Below, in pieces: positions 57,253 through 59,681 of a stretch of 59,681 nucleotides of DNA (the stretch's first letter is position 1; every line of letters begins with the position of its first letter). The position numbers and the translations under genes are program-made. The stretch spans positions 1 through 59,681 of the forward strand of contig CAZHUM010000004.1 in the NCBI GenBank assembly GCA_964535805.1. Reading direction: 5' to 3'. The notes beneath the pieces are model-generated. The model did not search any database, had not been told where the DNA came from, and saw nothing but the letters and a program-made list of their open reading frames with translations. The DNA is from an uncultured Thermoplasmata archaeon. Its GTDB lineage: Archaea; Thermoplasmatota; Thermoplasmata; Halarchaeoplasmatales; Halarchaeoplasmataceae.

Positions 57253-58098
57253 TCACTCTATCTCTTCGACCATCTCTATGAAGTGGTTGAATTTCTTATC
57301 AAGTATCTTGAAACCTTCCTTGAGTGTGGCTTCAGCCATCAGTGAGCCATCTGTTTCGTAATTCAAAATGAATTTATCTTCGGAACCAGTAACCTCGATA
57401 GCATCTTTAGAACAGATCTCCTGGCAAGAGTGACATATCTTACATCCCTCGATATCCGTTATCTTGATGGTATCTCCATCCTCTTCGAGGATATCAACGG
57501 GACATATATCGATGCATTCTCCACACATGTCGCATTTATCTTCATCGATATCCCAGATCGGATAGTATTTGTAACCGATTCCACTTGTGGGCTGCCATTT
57601 TGCGTGATCTTTCGCGGTACCCAATTCAGCAGTCGCATAGATCAAAATCGCCTGGTCATCAGCTAGCTTTATTAGCGGGATCAGATCGTCTACAACCCTG
57701 AGATCAGTCTCTCCAACCGGTGCAAGATCACCAGAGTAAACGGTGCATGGTCCTTTCTTGTTGAGGCTGTAAATAACGGTACAATTGGGACAGCCTTCTC
57801 CCCCGCATTCTTCACATTCATCCTTGTAATTGAACAACTCTAAATCTGTTGGTATCGGTATCAAACCCAGTCTGTGGGCGATTATCTCGTCGAAAAGAGG
57901 TGTGGTGCTTTCGAACTCTTTGTCTTCCTCTCCTCCTATCGTTCCAAGATGAAATTCTACATCTTCGATAGCGAGTTTCGGTACCTCAGCTATGAGAACC
58001 CTTCTTAAAGCGTTTACGAGGGTTGGATTAGCATCAGAAAACAGCAGTTTTGCATACCTATCTTTCATCTCTTGGATTTCGATCTTCATCTTTTCCAC
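57253..58098 (-). CDS. rpoD: DNA-directed RNA polymerase subunit D (Rpo3) with a ferredoxin-like 2x[4Fe-4S] motif domain
   Basis: NALRRVLIAEVP, then CDMCGECIDICP and CKICHSCQEICS. Follows rps11. Confidence 0.9.
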   Translation of the reverse strand: MEKMKIEIQEMKDRYAKLLFSDANPTLVNALRRVLIAEVPKLAIEDVEFHLGTIGGEEDKEFESTTPLFDEIIAHRLGLIPIPTDLELFNYKDECEECGGEGCPNCTVIYSLNKKGPCTVYSGDLAPVGETDLRVVDDLIPLIKLADDQAILIYATAELGTAKDHAKWQPTSGIGYKYYPIWDIDEDKCDMCGECIDICPVDILEEDGDTIKITDIEGCKICHSCQEICSKDAIEVTGSEDKFILNYETDGSLMAEATLKEGFKILDKKFNHFIEMVEEIE

Positions 58099-58101
58099 TC
58101 T

Positions 58102-58485
58102 TTATACTCTTCTACCCCTTCGTCCACCTTTAGGTTTTGTGGTATCGTGAGGGATAGGTGTCACGTCTTCGATTGTCCCAATTCTAACACCAGCTCGAGC
58201 GAACGCTCTTATCGCCGCTTGTGAGCCAGGGCCTGGCGAATGAGATTTACTGCCACCGGGTGCTCTGACTTTCACATGTATGTTAGTGATGCCTTTCTCT
58301 TTTGCTTCATCGATCGCCTTCCTAGCGGCTGACATGGCTGCATAAGGTGAAGCTTGGTCTTTATCCTGCCTAACCACCATGCCCCCCGTTGCTTTCGATA
58401 TCGTTTCCGAGCCAGTTATATCTGTGATAGTTATCAAAACGTTATTGTATGAAGCATATACGTGCGCTACTCCCCATTTTGCCAT
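58102..58485 (-). CDS. rps11: Ribosomal protein S11 (uS11)
   Basis: [19 protein letters not shown]...[16 protein letters not shown]. Confidence 0.95.
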   Translation of the reverse strand: MAKWGVAHVYASYNNVLITITDITGSETISKATGGMVVRQDKDQASPYAAMSAARKAIDEAKEKGITNIHVKVRAPGGSKSHSPGPGSQAAIRAFARAGVRIGTIEDVTPIPHDTTKPKGGRRGRRV

Positions 58486-58487
58486 AT

Positions 58488-59096
58488 TTATCTCCTCCTC
58501 CTCCTTCTACTGTATCTTTGTTTTTCTTTATCCTTCTTCATCCTCTCTTGGATAGGGAGAGATTCCATCTCTTCTTCCATCCTTTCGGGATGTAGTTCGT
58601 CAGTAAGTGGAGAATGCTTATAATATCCAATATCCTGCTCTTCTTCTCTAGCTACTATATACCCTGGTATGTTGATTCTCCTATCACTCACTTTAATATG
58701 ACCGTGTGTGATGAACTGCCTCGCTTGTTTCGGTGACCTCGCCAATCCTTTGTTGTACACTAGGGTTTGAAGTCTCCTGTTGAGAATGTTTTCTATCGTC
58801 AGGTTAAGTACGTCATCCAGTGTGAGTTCTTCTCCCACAAGATAACCCTGATTTTTGAGCTTGTTGATCAGGTTGTCCATCTCTATCTTCGCTTGTTTGT
58901 CGCCGTACCTCAATCGTGCTTGTAGATTCCTAGCCTGCCCCCGTATCGTCCTTAGAGATGACCTCACTTTCCAGAATTCTTTCTTATTTTTCAACCCATA
59001 ATACATGAGGTACTCATTTTCATTCTGGATCCTGTCCAGCTGCCATGGATGAGGGGGATTTTGATAATTCTTTCTTTGAAATTTTGGATCGCCCAT
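58488..59096 (-). CDS. rps4: Ribosomal protein S4 (uS4)
   Basis: [18 protein letters not shown]...[28 protein letters not shown]. Confidence 0.95.
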   Translation of the reverse strand: MGDPKFQRKNYQNPPHPWQLDRIQNENEYLMYYGLKNKKEFWKVRSSLRTIRGQARNLQARLRYGDKQAKIEMDNLINKLKNQGYLVGEELTLDDVLNLTIENILNRRLQTLVYNKGLARSPKQARQFITHGHIKVSDRRINIPGYIVAREEEQDIGYYKHSPLTDELHPERMEEEMESLPIQERMKKDKEKQRYSRRRRRR

Positions 59097-59102
59097 AATA
59101 CA

Positions 59103-59609
59103 TCACTCTTCTTTCTTCTTTTTCTGTTGTGCTTGTAATTTCTTTCTTTGAACACCCATCGTCATGCCGGTCCTTCCGTTCGCTCTTGTCCTCTGGCCTC
59201 TGACCTTCTGACCCTGTTCATGCCTTACTCCACGATAACAGCTTATTTTTTTGAGCCTGTTCAAGTCCTCCCTTTTGTAAAGGTCAAGGTCGGTTCCGAA
59301 GATGTGTTTATCCTCTCCAGAATATGGATCTCTCTTTCTATTCATCATCCATGTTGGGACGTCGTTAATGAATTCTTTGAACGTTTCTTGAATTTTTGCT
59401 ATCTCTGAATCGTCCAATAATCCAATTTTTTTATTCGGTGATACACCAGAATTCCTTACGATGCTCTCTGCTACTCTCGTTCCAACACCCTTTATACTTC
59501 GAAGTGCGTACAGGGTGGGTTGCTCTCCATCTAAATCCGTATTCATTAGACGTACTATGTATTTGAAATCATCTTTGTGTTCTTCATCGGCCAAGTTATT
59601 TGCCTCCAT
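59103..59609 (-). CDS. rps13: Ribosomal protein S13 (uS13)
   Basis: FKYIVRLMNTDLDGEQP...ALRSIKGVGTRVAESI...YRGVRHEQGQKVRGQRT. Confidence 0.95.
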   Translation of the reverse strand: MEANNLADEEHKDDFKYIVRLMNTDLDGEQPTLYALRSIKGVGTRVAESIVRNSGVSPNKKIGLLDDSEIAKIQETFKEFINDVPTWMMNRKRDPYSGEDKHIFGTDLDLYKREDLNRLKKISCYRGVRHEQGQKVRGQRTRANGRTGMTMGVQRKKLQAQQKKKKEE

Positions 59610-59653
59610 TTTCCTTACATAGGAGTGTGTGGGATTTTGGCTAATCAGCAGGT

Positions 59654-59664
59654 CATATAAATAC
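59654..59664 (-). promoter_or_regulatory. TATA-like box upstream of the S13-S4-S11-rpoD operon
   Basis: Minus strand GTATTTATATG, about 50 nt upstream of ATG 59609. Confidence 0.3.
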
Positions 59665-59681
59665 GTTATCCCGCTGTTAGT

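Overview
This is a dense archaeal chromosomal segment with about 58 protein genes and 2 tRNAs; many ORFs abut or overlap by 1-23 nt. Archaeal assignment rests on these markers: ribosomal S13-S4-S11 plus RNA polymerase subunit D at the right edge; the Rpo7(E')-Spt4-DUF359 kinase-S24e-S27ae cluster; Alba; Rio1 plus a KH protein; a class I CCA-adding enzyme; KEOPS Cgi121; PurP; class V FBP aldolase/phosphatase; H+-PPase; HypA/HypD; and split glycine dehydrogenase. Two glycan-biosynthesis islands that look AT-richer by eye (1-6154 and 26071-39403) sit within this housekeeping backbone. Together they encode five sulfotransferases, a sulfatase-like protein, six glycosyltransferase-type proteins, a radical SAM/SPASM enzyme, a DegT aminotransferase, an SDR epimerase, a FemAB-like acyl/aminoacyl transferase, a deacetylase, a methyltransferase and a flippase. 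The second island lies next to a translationally coupled operon of two giant paralogous membrane-anchored repeat proteins (40104-48001), which are likely heavily glycosylated envelope proteins. The least ordinary sequence is non-coding. A tRNA-Arg(CCG) gene is interrupted by two 29-nt bulge-helix-bulge introns in the D-loop and T-loop. It is followed by about 300 nt of degenerate modules that repeat the tRNA 3' end and carry hairpins conserved in position but not in sequence. A second hairpin-dense non-coding block of about 750 nt surrounds tRNA-Leu(UAA) and contains a D-arm-deleted tRNA-Leu mini-copy and 30-nt direct repeats. No cas genes, integrases, transposases or recognisable defence operons were seen. 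All calls come from reading the sequence and the ORF translations; no database search was run.
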